Shown piece by piece: positions 49,301 to 62,496 of a DNA stretch of 64,000 bases (positions are counted from its first letter, which is position 1; every line of letters begins with the position of its first letter). The stretch lies in assembly GCA_002633005.1 (NCBI GenBank), contig NMRA01000002.1, positions 388,044-452,043 of the forward strand, given 5' to 3'. A program made the translations under genes and the position numbers. This DNA is from Phoronis australis (lineage: Eukaryota; Animalia; Phoronida). The notes under the pieces are model-generated. The model did no database searches and was not told where the DNA came from. It saw only the letters and a program-made list of their open reading frames with translations.

Positions 49301-52300
49301 AGCGTGGATTAATTATCCTGACTAGTCAAGAGGTAACATTTCATTATGTAATTTAACGAGGTTAACAAAAGTTTGAAAGTTGACATCTTTTTGTACACAT
49401 TTTCGTGAAAATATGACTATTTTTTGGTCAGTATGATCAGTAAGTTACCATCACGATTCAGTCCCCGCGGAGTCATAATAATTTAGATTTGTACTCAGTT
49501 CATTACCTTGAAGCTGGTCATTAAGAATCAGTATACTAAAAAATACCAACTTTCACCTGTTGTTAATGCAGGATTCTGTTTGCAATAATGTGTCTTTGCT
49601 ACAACTGGCCTCACAACCTTTGATGAAACGGCTTTTCACGTTTTAATGTCAAAAATCAACCTTCGTTGCTGACATGTTTGCTTTTCCAAACAACATCATT
49701 ACATTCGTTTGTATTGAACTAGATTAGTAACAATAAAACACCCAAAATTAGAATAAAAGTATTTTGCTGCAGTGAACCTTGGTGCTGAAGTAATTTGCAA
49801 TCCTCCTGGTTTATAGTCTGTGTAATTTTGTTGAATTAGGAACATTTGATGTACTAAAAACCTCCAGTTTAAAGTAATTTCCCTACCACATTGATTGCTT
49901 TTGAAAACTGTTGTGGTTTGTGGCTGTAAGGAATAAATCGCTTGAGTAATTTGATGAGAATATTTTTTTGTGTTTGCAGGACTTCAGCGATGCCGTGGAG
50001 TTAGAGACCCCCAGTGGCGTCTATACAGTTGAGGACGACACAATGTTTGCGCCCCCTTTTGACAGTGTGCCTAACGTGCCTCACAAAGTGGAATTTGAGC
50101 CGCTGCCTCCAGTCAACAGGATCAAGCATGTTCTGTTGTCCAGCGAGCTTCTTCCTAAAATAAGTCTGCTCGACCGAAAGGAACTGGGAACCACAGCAGG
50201 TGAGACGTCCTCGCCGTTGAGCATAACCAAGGATTGCTCAAAATCGCGAAATAAATGATTTTCACGTACTTCCCCTGCTATTGTTCATATGCAATTATTA
50301 ATTCTTTTCGGGTGCCAACATATTTGTTACTAGTTCACGTCACCAAATTGCAAATAGGCTTCTTATTACCCATCACAAGCTGTAACATATGACCAACAGT
50401 GGGCGCAACATGAAAATACGAGGACCTGAGAAAATGCTGTGTTTGTGATCCCCCTATATGATCTCATTGATGAAAAAAATCTATTTTCTTTGATTTTGTA
50501 AACAAAAATACTGTTTGATTAAGGTTGTGTGAAAATGTATGTTGGCAAGTTTGTTCACTAAGCGTAATATTAAAAGCTTTAGAATTTAACTCATAAAGTA
50601 TTTATAGTTTCTGAAAGTAGAATGCCTATAGAATTAGATTTTTGATTTCATGCTAATCTCTCATTAATTGGGTCATGTGATCATGCCTTGTTAGTAAAAT
50701 AAGGCAAAAAAGGATGGTGCATTCACAACAATTGCATAAATTAAGTGACCAAGTATCTTTTGATACATATGCTGGAGGTGTAATTTCAAAAACGCGACAG
50801 TTTTCTATAGTACCGTTTTGTTCTTGCGGAACTTTTTGAGTTTTTAAAAAAGGTCCTATTTCTGGTAGACTTCAAATTGCGAAAGTGGAACACTTTAATA
50901 ACAATTCTTAAAAGCCGTTTGGAGAACTGCATAAAGTGTCTGAAAATTTCATTTGAATCTGACCAGCCAAGGTGTGATGGTCCAAATGGAACCAAATCTT
51001 CATAACCTCAACTGCATTTAGCATGTCTCATTTATTTCCAGAGTATGTCAAGTGTGAATTTTCTAGGAATCAAGTGCAATATATTAAAGAACTGGGCAGT
51101 GGTTGGTTTGGGAAGGTAATGTTCAGTATCAGTGTTTTTAGTAAATCTTGTGTTGTTATCTTTTGACAAACATTCACTCTAGAGGAATATGGTTTTTGAA
51201 TTTTTGAAAAACAACCTGCTATTTTAGATGTTGGTTTAATTTTAAAATCATTATAAATTTATCCAAAAATGTCCCAGTATGTGGTATTCTTTTTAAATCT
51301 GGAAGTGTTATAGTGTGTCCTAACATACCAGAGATTGTGTTGAGGTCATCTGAACATCAGATGCAGTCATGTTGGTTGTCACTCTCATTTGATATGTTAT
51401 TTTAGTGATCAATAGCTACAATATATTTTACATGGTTTAACATCTACGTGATGGTTTGGTCTAGTACGATTTGTAGTCTAACCAACTAGTGACCTTGGTT
51501 TACTGCAATAATAGAAAACTTCTGTAATTCATAAATTTGGACTCCTTCCCTTGGAATTAGGGTTTCAAATGAAATTCCAAGTATGACAGCAGATGCTAGA
51601 ATTTCTAATATTTTTATTTTTATTTTTAATCGCATGCAAAAGTGTGGCGAGCCTAACAAAAACAACACGGAGAACTGTGAATTGGATTGGTTTGCAATTT
51701 TTTTGTATATCTGGTGGTGTTCTGCCAAAAATTGTTTGTAAGACTGAAGAGACAAAGGATGCAATGCTGATGACAGATTTGAGTGGAAAAAGTTTTTGTA
51801 GTGAGCACAGGCACTTATTTCCACTCATGTTTTCATTTACTATTCGTAATAGATAAGGGGTCTGTAACCCTCATTCACTCCATGTTTGATAGTTTACTGA
51901 CAATTCTCGTTCAATCTCGTCACTACGTGTCGCGGTTCTCGAGATCATAGCGTCGGTCTTACGACTGGATTGCTCTGATTGGCTACTCTCTGACCTGTCT
52001 GGGGCCAATCAAAGCAATCCATGGTCATAAGACCTTAGAATTTTCGGAAGACCATCCAACATGGCGTGAAAGAGGGTTACAGACCCTTTATCTCTTATGA
52101 AGAGTAAATGAAAAGGTGAGTGGACATGAGCGCCTGTGATAGTGAGTGTCAGTAACTTCATTTGACAAATTCAAATGCCCCATTACTCCTTATACTACAG
52201 GCTCTATTGGGTGAAGCAGCCAAAATCAGCGTAGGCATGAAACGAACTAAGGTGGTCATCAAACAGCTGAACGAGGATGCCTCACAAGAGGAGTGTGCCA

Positions 52301-55300
52301 TGTTTATGGAGGAGGTGAAACCATACAGGTGAGACTGGACACTAGGATGTTGACAACATATGTAGGAGTGCTATAATGAACTTAGATGACCCCGCTCATG
52401 GAAAACCCTGGAAAAATGGCGGGAAGTTTTTTCAGAAATCTGCTATTTCAAAGTGAGATAAAACGAGAATAATGAGGTTTAATCAATCTAGAAAGTTTTA
52501 AGGTCATGTAGGATCCTATAAAGGTGTCCAATTTTGGCCAACTTTGGAACATCATATCTCAGGAATGGCTGATCGGATTCATTTAGAAGTTTTAAATATT
52601 ATGCTAGTACACTGTTCTCCAAAACGCTCAATTTTCCCAAAAAGCAAGGTCACGTGACCTAATTCGGGGCAGATTGGTGTAAAGTCAGAAATCAAATTCT
52701 GAAGAATTTCTACTTTCAGAAAATATATGGTTTTGCCGAGTTAAATTCTGTAGTTTTGTAAGTATTTGACTCAATGTAAAGACTTGTTGACGAGGTTCTA
52801 CATAATCTTAACACGGTAAATGAAATACTTCAAATATAGAATGCAGATCTGGCGACATGTAATCACTCTTTGTTCCTCCAATTGCGTCATGACTGACTTT
52901 TTGTGAATATATGCTTTTGTTTCCAGGGAGTTGAATCATCCCAACATCTTGAATCTGCTTGGTGAATGTACAGAAATAAACCCTTATCTCACCATATTGC
53001 AGTATTATCCAATGGTAAGCCCATCTTGGGGAATCTGGTACTGCAATTATTTCTGTTTAGAATAGCCTCATTGACTGGAGACATCCTCCCGTTTAAAGAG
53101 GGATGTGTAATTTTCAAGGCATAGATTTTTATGCACTTTGCTCAATGACGAAATCTTGCCAAAATGCTTGTGGAACACGAATAGTTAGTACAGTTATATT
53201 GCTCAGGAACAAGTGTCTGCTTAGGCCGATATCACTCCCTGACTGTAGTGCCGACCTGTTTTTGCATTATTGTTCTATGACTATTGGCAACCTTGGTGGA
53301 GACTGCAGCTCCAACTTCCACATTTCAGCCACGAATTCCCTAGTTCACTGTGCCTACGTCTTGTGTTGCTAACTATGAGAACTGTTTCTGTGTTGGTGCT
53401 CTGGTTGTCTTGGTCAAATATCATCTGTGTTGTGACCATGCTCTACAATGTAGTTGATGGTCGGGTTGTCTTGGTCAAATATTGTCTGTGTTGTTACCAT
53501 GCTCTACAATGTAGTTGATGCTGTGGTTGTCTTGGTCAAATATCATCTGTGTTGTAACCATGCTCTACAATGTAGTTGCCACTATTCTTTTTAGACTTTA
53601 AAGTAAAGGGACATTATCGTTCTTATTCATTTTTTGTATTGTTGTTGGGTGGAGTGGACTTGGTAAATCTATCAACTTTGACCAGAGCTATAAAACAACA
53701 AAATCCAGTGTGTTTTTTGTGATTTTATTACAAGTCGTCATTTTTCACTGTTGTCTAACATACATTTGCTGAAATCAAAGGCACACATGTGGCGCTTTTT
53801 CTGACTTCCTCACAAGCAAAATGAACTTTGTTTCCTAGAATAAGAAAAGCCTGTATATTAGTTCCCAGTAAAATCATATGTAACTTGATTTCTCAACATT
53901 TAAGCACTTCTTATTGTTGTCTTCAAGTTGAGTTTTGTCTTCATCTTTTCAGAAGTCGTTTTTCTGTGTTAATTCTTCATAGACTCATTTTCTATTTTGA
54001 ACTACAGGGTGACCTAAAAAGTTTCCTACTGGGCCACAAAGAGCAGCGGAGTAGTCTCGCTCAACAAGGAATCCTATTGAACTTTGCTTGTGATCTTGCT
54101 GCTGGTCTCGCCTGCCTTCACCAGTACAAATACATTCACCAGTAAGTTTGTAACCTGTCATCATCATTGTTTGTCTGCCTTTCTTTCAGAAGTGACAGGC
54201 AAAGTTTCGCCCAGTCCTAAATATGGCCATACTATGAGGTTAGAGGTTATGACAAGTTACCTATTTCTATGAGGTCACATTTTGGTAGTTAGCAGATGCT
54301 TTTAATAGTATTTGGTCACAGTGTGAGGTCAAAGGTTATATTGCACACCACTGATGAATAGCAACTGGACCTTCATTCATAGATGATTTTATGTATGTTC
54401 ATGTCTGGTTGTGTTGATAAATAGTCCAAATTACTTTTGGAATTTTGTTATTGGCACCTATGTGACATTGCAATTAGAAGATGGAGAATCTCATCGACTG
54501 ACTTTAAGACATATACTTTGTATTGGTGTGAGGAGTCTAAGAATACTGGTTGTTCCATAACACTCTATCTACTTTGCACATTCTACATGTACGTAGGGTG
54601 ACTTTGGGAAAACTTTTGTTAACCCACTTTCATTGCTGCCTAAGGAATATGCTTGTGCTTTGGACACTGGAAAAGACTTGGGTTTGCTCATATTTTTGTG
54701 TATTACATGTGCTGGACAAAACTGGTTATAAACAGGACTGTCAGTGCTGTTGTTTGGAGCACTCTTGCTTAAATTTGCACAACACACTGCTACCTATTTA
54801 TTCTGATTTCTGTAATGCTTGTCACTTAATCTAAGTAATATCAAGAGTACTGATCAGTTGGATTTTCCATTTCCAGTGACTTGGCTCTTCGCAATTGCTT
54901 GGTTACTGCTGACATGTCCGTAAAGATTGGTGATTACGGTGTCTCTGAAGACTTATATAAAGTAGGTGTAGCATCGAATTACGGTGAAAAGTCTTCTGAA
55001 TTGTATAATGTTTTTTTAATCTAAATAAACTAATAAATAAGTATAATGTAAAGTGAAGAACAAAGTTACACAGGATAGTTCCTGACGTGAATGTATTCCA
55101 CATTACTTGCTGAAAATTAAATTTTACTTCATTTCGAAGCTGAATATAGAGATGTTTTTAAGTTACGAGATAGAGGAATTCATTGTTTCCAATCTGTTGC
55201 CTACTTTTTGTGTGTTTTTCAAAAAGTAACTTAAAGTGTCAGTTTCTCATGATTGTTAATGTGGGATTTGAGAAGCGTAATTATGTTGTGCTTGAAACGG

Positions 55301-58300
55301 TATGTAAGGAATTTGATTTTGTGTTCAGGGTACTGTTTCATGCAAAGTCGCGTGACACCCGACAAACATAAAAAGTTTTATGAGACTACATGTTGTTTGT
55401 CGCGTAAAATGGCGGCTTGGAAACAAAAGGTGTGTCAAGAATGCTGCGTTCTGACTGGTCAGTTAGGCCGTCACTCAAAATCTAGGAAGCTAAGAGACAG
55501 AAATACGTTGCCTGGTAGCCTGCGTGGGAGGAGTCTAAAACGCAAAAGACGAGAAACAACTTTTGGCTATAACTTATCAAGTAGCAGTCCTCTGTACTGA
55601 GTAAGGAACAAGTTAAGACCAGATTGATAACGGGGGGAATGTCCTAAATCATAAATTAATTTTTTGATGGAAGGTGGGCTTACAGCTGCTTTAAACTTAA
55701 GAAATGATTACCAAAACCAAAGTTAATTTTCAATTGCAGATTTCTTACCCGTTCATCAGGAAAATGTCCCTTATTTCAAATTCGTAATCGGTCCCCTTTA
55801 CTGGTACCTGAGGGTATGTTTGGCACTGCCGACTATTGGTCCCAAAAATGCCGTCATCCTAATATCCGCCCCACGGTGAAAAATGGAAGTCTGCGGCCTG
55901 TGCATTTTGCATGAATAAAATTGACAGCTACAATACTACAGATGTTTGGCATTATGAGCTAGTAACATTCTTTGACTTATCTCTTATATGGTGCTCTTGT
56001 TTATACTGTTATCTGATACAGGCTGATTACTATACTGTGGGCTGTGAAGCTGTCCCTGTCAGGTGGTGTGCCCCAGAAACCATCGAGGTGGCCAAGAAGC
56101 AGATCGTGGTCAAGCCTTTTACTCTGGCGGCTAATGTTTGGTATACACTTTAGTTCATGAGTACTTTAATAGTTAATGACGGTTCTGTTGTTATAGTTAA
56201 TTTCTGTTTTGTTCCTGAATCTTTGCACTGCTTTCATTCTGTGGCAAATCATAAGGATATAATTGGTTGCGAAGACTATTCTTTTCATGATGGAATTAGT
56301 ACTTAATATATACGGTGAAACTCGCATGGTTGGATATAACCTGATGTAGGGATTTTATCTGAGCAAGGCGAAATCCGACGTTACTGAAGAGCTGAGTGCA
56401 CAGATTAGAGCAACTGTACCACGGAACTTTATCGGAATTCAGCTTGTCCGACTTATACAAGTTTTATTGTACACTACCCCAGCGCTGGTTTTATCAAAGG
56501 TCATAGCTAAGAAGGTCATGTGCATATCATTGCAAGCGCGATGCTGAGTTCTTTGGAAGAGCAAAAATGTTGCAACTGACAATAAGTTTATAATTTTTCA
56601 TGTTTGTACTTAACAACCATCTTTACGAGTCTCATTGCTGAACTATGTGCACATTTAAATGGAAGATACGACCATCTTGGCTTAGCCTGGTCTTATGACC
56701 TTTGATAGAATGTCCTGCTAAACTGTATGTAAATGTGTAATTAACAATGATGTGATGTCCACGGTATTGAGCTTTTTACTGTTAAAAATTTGTGCTTGTA
56801 TGTCTTGCCAACAGGTGGCGAGAAAGACAAATATCTCACATATTTTTAATGGCAAAAATGTAAGGGCTGTTCCAGTAAAATCTGTATGGGAGGGGGGGAA
56901 GGCACCTTTTTTTCGCACCCACCACCCATATTTTTCATTTATTTCTTAAGCCTACCACCCGTAATATTTTATAAGTTTGAAATGCAACCACCCGTAATTT
57001 TTTTTGTTCTTGTGGTTGACTGCACAGGCGCTTGAGTTTATCTGTTCCTCCATCACCACTAACATCATTCATTACTAAGAAAACATGTTTCTTATATATG
57101 GTTATTAGCCATCGAGATATTCGAGCACCTGTGGTTAAATGGTGTTATGGGCATGCCGATGAGGAGATCGGAGGGAGTGAAAAAGTCGGAGGTTTTTGCA
57201 AGTTGCATTTTTGTTTCAGTTTTTGATTCTGTGCGGATTGTTTATAAAATTTACTAAAATTACCCACCATCAAACATTTATGGCCCAATGAAACAACAAC
57301 GACCTGTAAATTTTCATTTTTTTGAAGTACGACCACCAGCCATTTTGAAATTAAATCAAACGCAACCACCCATAAATTTTTATTTCAGTTGCCTTCCCCC
57401 CCCTCCCACACAGGTTTTGCTGGAACAGCCCTAAGTGAAGTCTAGTTGTGTTTTTAGGTTTTTTAGAGTCCGTGTAACGCAAGTACAATCAAATCGCTTT
57501 GCATCTAACATGGCTTTTGCTCGCTTGTAACGCTCCATTCTACACTAGTTCTAGGCCAACTATATTGTGTACAAGTTGATTTGGTAACAGCTAACTTCGG
57601 TTACAATGAACTTTTTAGAAATGTCGGAAGGATTCATTGTAAAATGGCTCGACTATAAAAACATGCGGGGCTACAACAGAGATAATATCTTGTTACAATT
57701 AAGCTAAACTGAATTGATCGTGACTTAAGTTGGTTCCCGCTTTCAGTTACATGGACTTCATTTCATTCCAGGAGTTTTGGTGTTTGTCTGTGGGAGATCT
57801 TTGAGTTCGGTCGACAGCCGTACTGCGAGCTGAGCAACGAGAACGTCATAGAGCACGTAATACTGCAGAAAAGGATCAGACTTCCTAGGCCATTTTTGCA
57901 TACAGCAGATGTACAGCACATGGATAAGTTGTAAGGAATTTCTTCATATTTTTAGGAACATGAAAATTTCCATTCTTGTTCGTGAATGGAAATTTTTGTG
58001 TTATTGAATATCATTTGATTTTAGAATTGACCTGGTCACATTAACAACTCTTCTTTTATCCTGTTTTGTTTTTGATAGGGTTGTACTATGCTCACCAGTT
58101 ACGTTCGAAAATGAATGTGATGAAATTTTTCAAACATGGGTAGAAAGGTTGGTCTTTCCTGTTGCCAATTTGCTAAATGTAAAGCTTGGTGTAATTAAAT
58201 TTTGTAAACTTGACATTATTAAAACAAGATTTTTTTAATATTTGCTTATTCTACCAATTCCATCGACTATGTGCTCATTCCTGTTTCACTTGCCTTGAAA

Positions 58301-59700
58301 AATCTGCCGTCTGCTATTTGTGCACCAAGAGGTTGCATTGATCTTTTTTTCTAAGCAGTAACATTTATGTTCCACCTGAATCAAACTTCCTCTCTCTGGA
58401 CGTGTGTTAAGGAGAGCGTACACTGACTCATTCCTCATGGAAAGTTGGGAAATCTGGGAAAATAGTTTCCATTGTCCTTTTTAGGATTGTGAGGCACTGG
58501 TTAACCAATGCAGCATTGACATTAGACATAGATATATGGTCTGTAGAAACTCATTTTAGTGATATGTCAAGCGGCCAGGAGTTGACTTTCTACTAGACGC
58601 AAGTAACCAGGTGGCATCTATACAACTGCCTGGCTTACTGAGCAGAGGATCACCACCAGGTGGCATCTATACCACTGCCTGACCTACCAAGCAGAGGATT
58701 GCCACCAGGTGGCATTTATACAATTGCCTGGCTTACCAAGCAGAGTATCGCCTGTTTGACACTCTCTGGATTCTGGAATAGAGGAGTCGATTTTCGCTAT
58801 CTGTAAAATGATCAATGCATGGAAAGCTTCCAAACATTTCGTTAAGATAAATAAAACACCTTCAGTCATTCAGTTACACTTGGTAACAAGCATTTAATGA
58901 TTGGTGCCTAAAAGCACTTACTCTGTGTCTACTTATATTCTGGGAAATAACTCATGGAAAATGAAAATTATATCATGGAAAATTCATTGAAAATGAGAAA
59001 CTAATATGGTTCATGCAATGTTTTTTGTGTTTTTTGGCTACTCGTCTGTATTTAATCACTGCAGGTGTTTCATTAGTTGCATAGTTCACTTTCGGTCATC
59101 TTTTCAACTTGCAGGTACGAGTTGATGGAACGCAGTTGGCTCAAGCCTGCCGACAGGCCAGAGGTTGCTCTTCTCAGTCGCATTCTCCAACATGTCAAGT
59201 GTTTAGAGACACAGTCTCAACACACAACTGGTTTTGATGACCAGTGGAACCGACTGCTGGCAAAGTCTGAACGCTCCGTCCCAGCGACTGACTCTTCTAA
59301 CGCCAACGGGCAGCTCCACAACTCTGATAGGTGTTTCAGCTCAGATTTTTTGCCGTCACCATCGGAGCTCACGCACCAGCACGATATCGAACGTTTACCC
59401 ACTCAGGACGAAGAGAGTAGACTTTTCAATGGCGAGGACGACCGTGATGACAGTTTTAGTTCACCAGCTCTATTCAAGGATCAAAGTATCATCACGAGCA
59501 CACCTATAAAATCGCCGCCAACTGACTCGAGCGAGTATGCCACAGCAAACTCCATGTTGAGAACGCATGGGATGTCTAATGAGGTTTCTGAATACAACTC
59601 ATTTAATGACTCCACTGTGAAAGAGTCGGATAATGAACCTACGCTGCCGATTTCAAAAGATGGTGCTGTAGATACCATCCAAGAGCCCATTAGTGTGTAG
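46278..59700 (+). CDS. LMTK: Lemur tail / apoptosis-associated tyrosine kinase (LMTK/AATYK family), 10 coding exons, 564 aa as modelled
   Basis: Exons 46278-46379, 49980-50199, 51042-51115, 52201-52328, 52927-53014, 54008-54141, 54877-54961, 56022-56140, 57772-57930, 59115-59700; all GT-AG and in frame. LMTK-type motifs: TM-Cys-GFKDF, [62 protein letters not shown]. Confidence 0.9.
46436..49080. mobile_element. 2.65-kb non-autonomous hAT-like element with a 5-bp TSD
   Basis: GTGTG|CAGGGCTCGA ... TCGAGCCCTG|GTGTG. Subterminal motifs caggtcgcattt, gcaaaatgcgacctgg, gaatgcgagctg at both ends. No transposase ORF. Confidence 0.85.
49980..50199 (+). CDS. LMTK: LMTK exon 2 (juxtamembrane, DFSDAVELE...GTTA)
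   Basis: tttgcag / CAG|gtgaga, 220 nt. Confidence 0.85.
50560..50960. mobile_element. Degenerate copy of the TTAA-flanked family
   Basis: tttctgaaagtaga...tagaattagatttttgattt...gggtcatgtga blocks match 10761-11270. Confidence 0.5.
51042..51115 (+). CDS. LMTK: LMTK exon 3 (glycine-rich loop ELGSGWFGK)
   Basis: GT-AG, 74 nt. Confidence 0.93.
51806..52138. mobile_element. MITE of 333 bp with ~65-bp imperfect TIRs, CA..TG ends, 8-bp TSD with one mismatch (hAT- or P-like)
   Basis: gtagtgag|cacaggc...gggtctgtaaccctc and gagggttacagaccc...gcctgtg|atagtgag. Confidence 0.75.
52201..52328 (+). CDS. LMTK: LMTK exon 4 (VVIK lysine, alphaC helix)
   Basis: GT-AG, 128 nt. Confidence 0.93.
52498..52811. 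mobile_element. TTAA-flanked Kolobok-like element, internally deleted copy
   Basis: ttaa|ggtcatgtaggatcct ... aggttctacataatc|ttaa. Confidence 0.65.
52927..53014 (+). CDS. LMTK: LMTK exon 5 ([21 protein letters not shown]...)
   Basis: GT-AG, 88 nt. Confidence 0.93.
53392..53578. repeat. 61-bp tandem repeat x3
   Basis: Core ggttgtcttggtcaaatat...accatgctctacaatgtagttg. Confidence 0.9.
54008..54141 (+). CDS. LMTK: LMTK exon 6 (GDLKSFL...YIH)
   Basis: GT-AG, 134 nt. Confidence 0.93.
54877..54961 (+). CDS. LMTK: LMTK exon 7 ([21 protein letters not shown])
   Basis: GT-AG, 85 nt, catalytic loop and DYG. Confidence 0.95.
56022..56140 (+). CDS. LMTK: LMTK exon 8 (DYY...VPVRWCAPE...ANVW)
   Basis: GT-AG, 119 nt. 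Confidence 0.93.
56481..56717. mobile_element. Degenerate MITE with imperfect TIRs
   Basis: ttttatcaaaggtcatag ... ttatgacctttgatagaa. Confidence 0.5.
56864..57431. mobile_element. PIF/Harbinger-like MITE, 568 bp, TAA TSD
   Basis: TAA|GGGCTGTTCCAGTAAAATCTGTATGGGAGGGGGGGAAGGCA ... TGCCTTCCCCCCCCTCCCACACAGGTTTTGCTGGAACAGCCC|TAA (~40-bp TIR). Confidence 0.88.
57772..57930 (+). CDS. LMTK: LMTK exon 9 ([17 protein letters not shown]...LPRP...)
   Basis: GT-AG, 159 nt. Confidence 0.93.
58606..58752. repeat. 49-bp tandem repeat x3 containing (cc)accaggtggca
   Basis: Units start at 58606, 58655, 58704. Confidence 0.88.
59115..59700 (+). CDS. LMTK: LMTK exon 10 (kinase end [23 protein letters not shown] motif, Ser/acidic tail)
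   Basis: ttgcag acceptor, open frame to TAG at 59698-59700. The 3' end is uncertain because it could splice onward. Confidence 0.8.
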
Positions 59701-60194
59701 CATGTAATTTTTCTTTTCAGCAATGATTTATATTACCGAAGCGTGTTGTAGCTGTTTACCGTATATATCCTGAAGCTTTTTTGGCATATGGGAAGGTTGT
59801 ATTAGCAAGAATGACAGATTGTTCTGAAAGCAATTCAAATTACATGAACTAGTCTGCTGTTCAAGAGTAATCAGGTCATATTCGTCAGAGAAAAGAACTC
59901 ATTTTGTTCAATTTGGTCTGATATTGCTGAATTGAATATTGTGTGTTTTCATTCAAATAGAAAAGCAGTTTTTGCATCCATATTTTTCATGTGTTGAGCA
60001 TGCCAGCTTAGACTTGCAACATGCCTTTGTGGTCCCTGGCTCCAGTACTGGGTATTTATATGCAGGGTTTTTCCTGTTATTTATTTAACAAACCTGTTTT
60101 TGTGGTCTGCTTACATATCTTTCCTCATATTGGGTCAGTATGTTATTTGGGCATTTGTTTGACGTGTCTGTTTTTCTACACTTTTATAATTCTG

Positions 60195-60595
60195 GGCCCG
60201 GTCTCTAATCTTTGTACTCGAAACGAACTCGGAACTATTTTTGGCAATTTCTCTGCTCCTTTTGTGCGAACTTAAGATAATTGGTTATCAGACTGTGCTC
60301 GAATACATTATAGTTTATGCATAGGAGTTTCTAGTTCAAGTTTGCCCTTGAAGTCCCTTATATTCGTGCTACAAACTCGAGTAAAAACTCGAAATTTCGA
60401 GTTCAAACTCGAACTTATTGCTTTAATATTGGGTTTACAAACTGTGAACTAAGGGCAATAAATTATCTACGTAAGTTATTGTGTACTCGAGCATAGAATA
60501 ATAGACACTTATCTTGAGTTCGCCCAAAAGTAGAGTAGAAAATGCCAAACCTAATTTCGAGTTCCATTTCGAGTAAAAAGATTGGAGACCGGGCC
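60195..60595. mobile_element. Harbinger-like palindromic MITE, 401 bp, CTG TSD
   Basis: CTG|GGCCCGGTCTCTAATCTTTGTACTCGAAA ... TTTCGAGTAAAAAGATTGGAGACCGGGCC|CTG; internal ctcga/tcgag motifs. Confidence 0.85.
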
Positions 60596-61807
60596 CTGAT
60601 CTTACCTAAACGAATAGTTGTTTTTTGAAAAATTTGCCGTTGAACAGTGAAATATTGTTTTTTATCTTGTTGAGCGTGTGCTCTTAAGTTTTTTGTCATG
60701 AATACTTAGACAGATACATAAGTGGTACAAAGAGATAAATTTTCGTTTGTTTGACATATGCAATACTCATTACGTAATGCATCATGATTATAATTATCAA
60801 ATCTTAGTTAGTATGCTGTATGTACTTCACACTATTCAATGAACATGCTGAGGTTCTTGTTGCAGGTTATAGTTTTTTAACTGTTTGTGTTTTTGTGAAT
60901 CACTATTGGCAACATGAATAACTGGTTGAGGATTATCGTTTTAAGTATAAACCTGACTTGTCCGTCTTTGTTGTAGCTACAGTTTGCAGTGTTTAGTTGT
61001 CGAAAAATCAAAAAATTTCTTGACATGATTCCATTTCCGTGATCAAATCAAGTCACAGGTAATGTGAACATGCAGCGTTTTCAAATTCACCCATTTTGGG
61101 GTTGGCCAAGCAGTTTTAGGGTTGGCCAAGTCCAGTAAACTCTGAAGCGTTTTCCTGAGTTGTAGATAGATAGTTTCATTGATAACTTAAATAGAATCCA
61201 TTAGTGCAAGGAATATTACCAGACTGATTTTAATAAAATTCATGAGAGTAGAAGGCATATGTCCATTTTTATGTGGTAGTCAGCTATACTTCTGGCTTGT
61301 CATACTCATAAACGCTAGAGAGCTTATCTGTCGTTGTTTTGGGAAAACCTATAACATGATTGGTTTGGTCCCAAGTGTGGGCGGGACCAAGTCTTGGTAT
61401 TGATGTTTAAGAGCAGCCTTCCGACGAAGTGTTCAGGGATGGTAAAAACGTACCAGAAAATGGATACTGTTTCAGATGTTTTATATTATTAATTGAAGAA
61501 AAGGTCGTGTTGCTAAGAATTGGTGACAACAGTACCATGACTGCATTATGCACCCGTTATTTTTTGCTTACCAAGATTTTAGATCCTGCCCTTTCCCATG
61601 GTTTCCTTATTTGTGAATGAATTGCTTAGAATCTCGTGGATTTTCTATCTACTCTATTTCTTGTTGGACAATTTTCTGTAGATCTATTTTAATAATTCTT
61701 GTATGAACTGAAGATTATGGAAGGTTTTAAGGTAGTAATTCGAAAGAAATTATAACAGGAATGAGAATCTCGTGTCTACTCTGCAGAATGTATAGTTGCT
61801 TTGTTGT

Positions 61808-62232
61808 TTAAGGTTAAATAATGCCTTTTCGACGTCTGCACTCAACCAAATATATAGTAAACTATAACTTCCGACAGTAAAAGTATGTTTTTCTGAAAGT
61901 AGAGGGCCTTAACTTCATACCAAAAGAAAGGTACATTCATACCAAAATATCAATAGCACGACCAAATTTTGTTTTATGTGTTTGAGATGAAATCTCAAAA
62001 ATGCTGTTTTCAGTTTGTTTCCATGTTACACACGTTTTGGATATTTTTTTCAAATTCCTATGATTAATCCTATTTTTGGTTGGAACCCGTAGCATAAAAA
62101 GGATCATTTTAAAATCGAGTCCTAACAACATTTTGGATATCAAAGTTTTATTTGAATCCAATTGATCGTCTCTGAGATACGATGTTCTGAAGTTGGCCAA
62201 TTTTGGACATTTCTTTAGGGTCGTGACGTTAT
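61808..62232. mobile_element. TTAA-flanked family, degenerate copy
   Basis: ttaaggtt start; ends tctgagatacgatgttctgaagttggccaattttggacatttctttagggtc. Confidence 0.55.
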
Positions 62233-62496
62233 GAGTGTTTCTTTCAATATGTGGGTTACAGACACAAGTGTATGTTATCTGAGTGAGGAAGTTTCTTGAA
62301 ATTGTGACCGCAATGAAATTGTTGGTTTCTTGTCCCACAGGTCTTTGCTGTTTTCAGAGTCTGCTGTTTTTGACACTCTGGAGTACTTTCGTAGCAGTTG
62401 CTTGTATTTATTATACTGCATGTAAAATTGTTATGGATATTAAACTTTTATCTTTCATCTTGTTTTTCTGTCGAAGTAACGACATCTAAATTCTCT

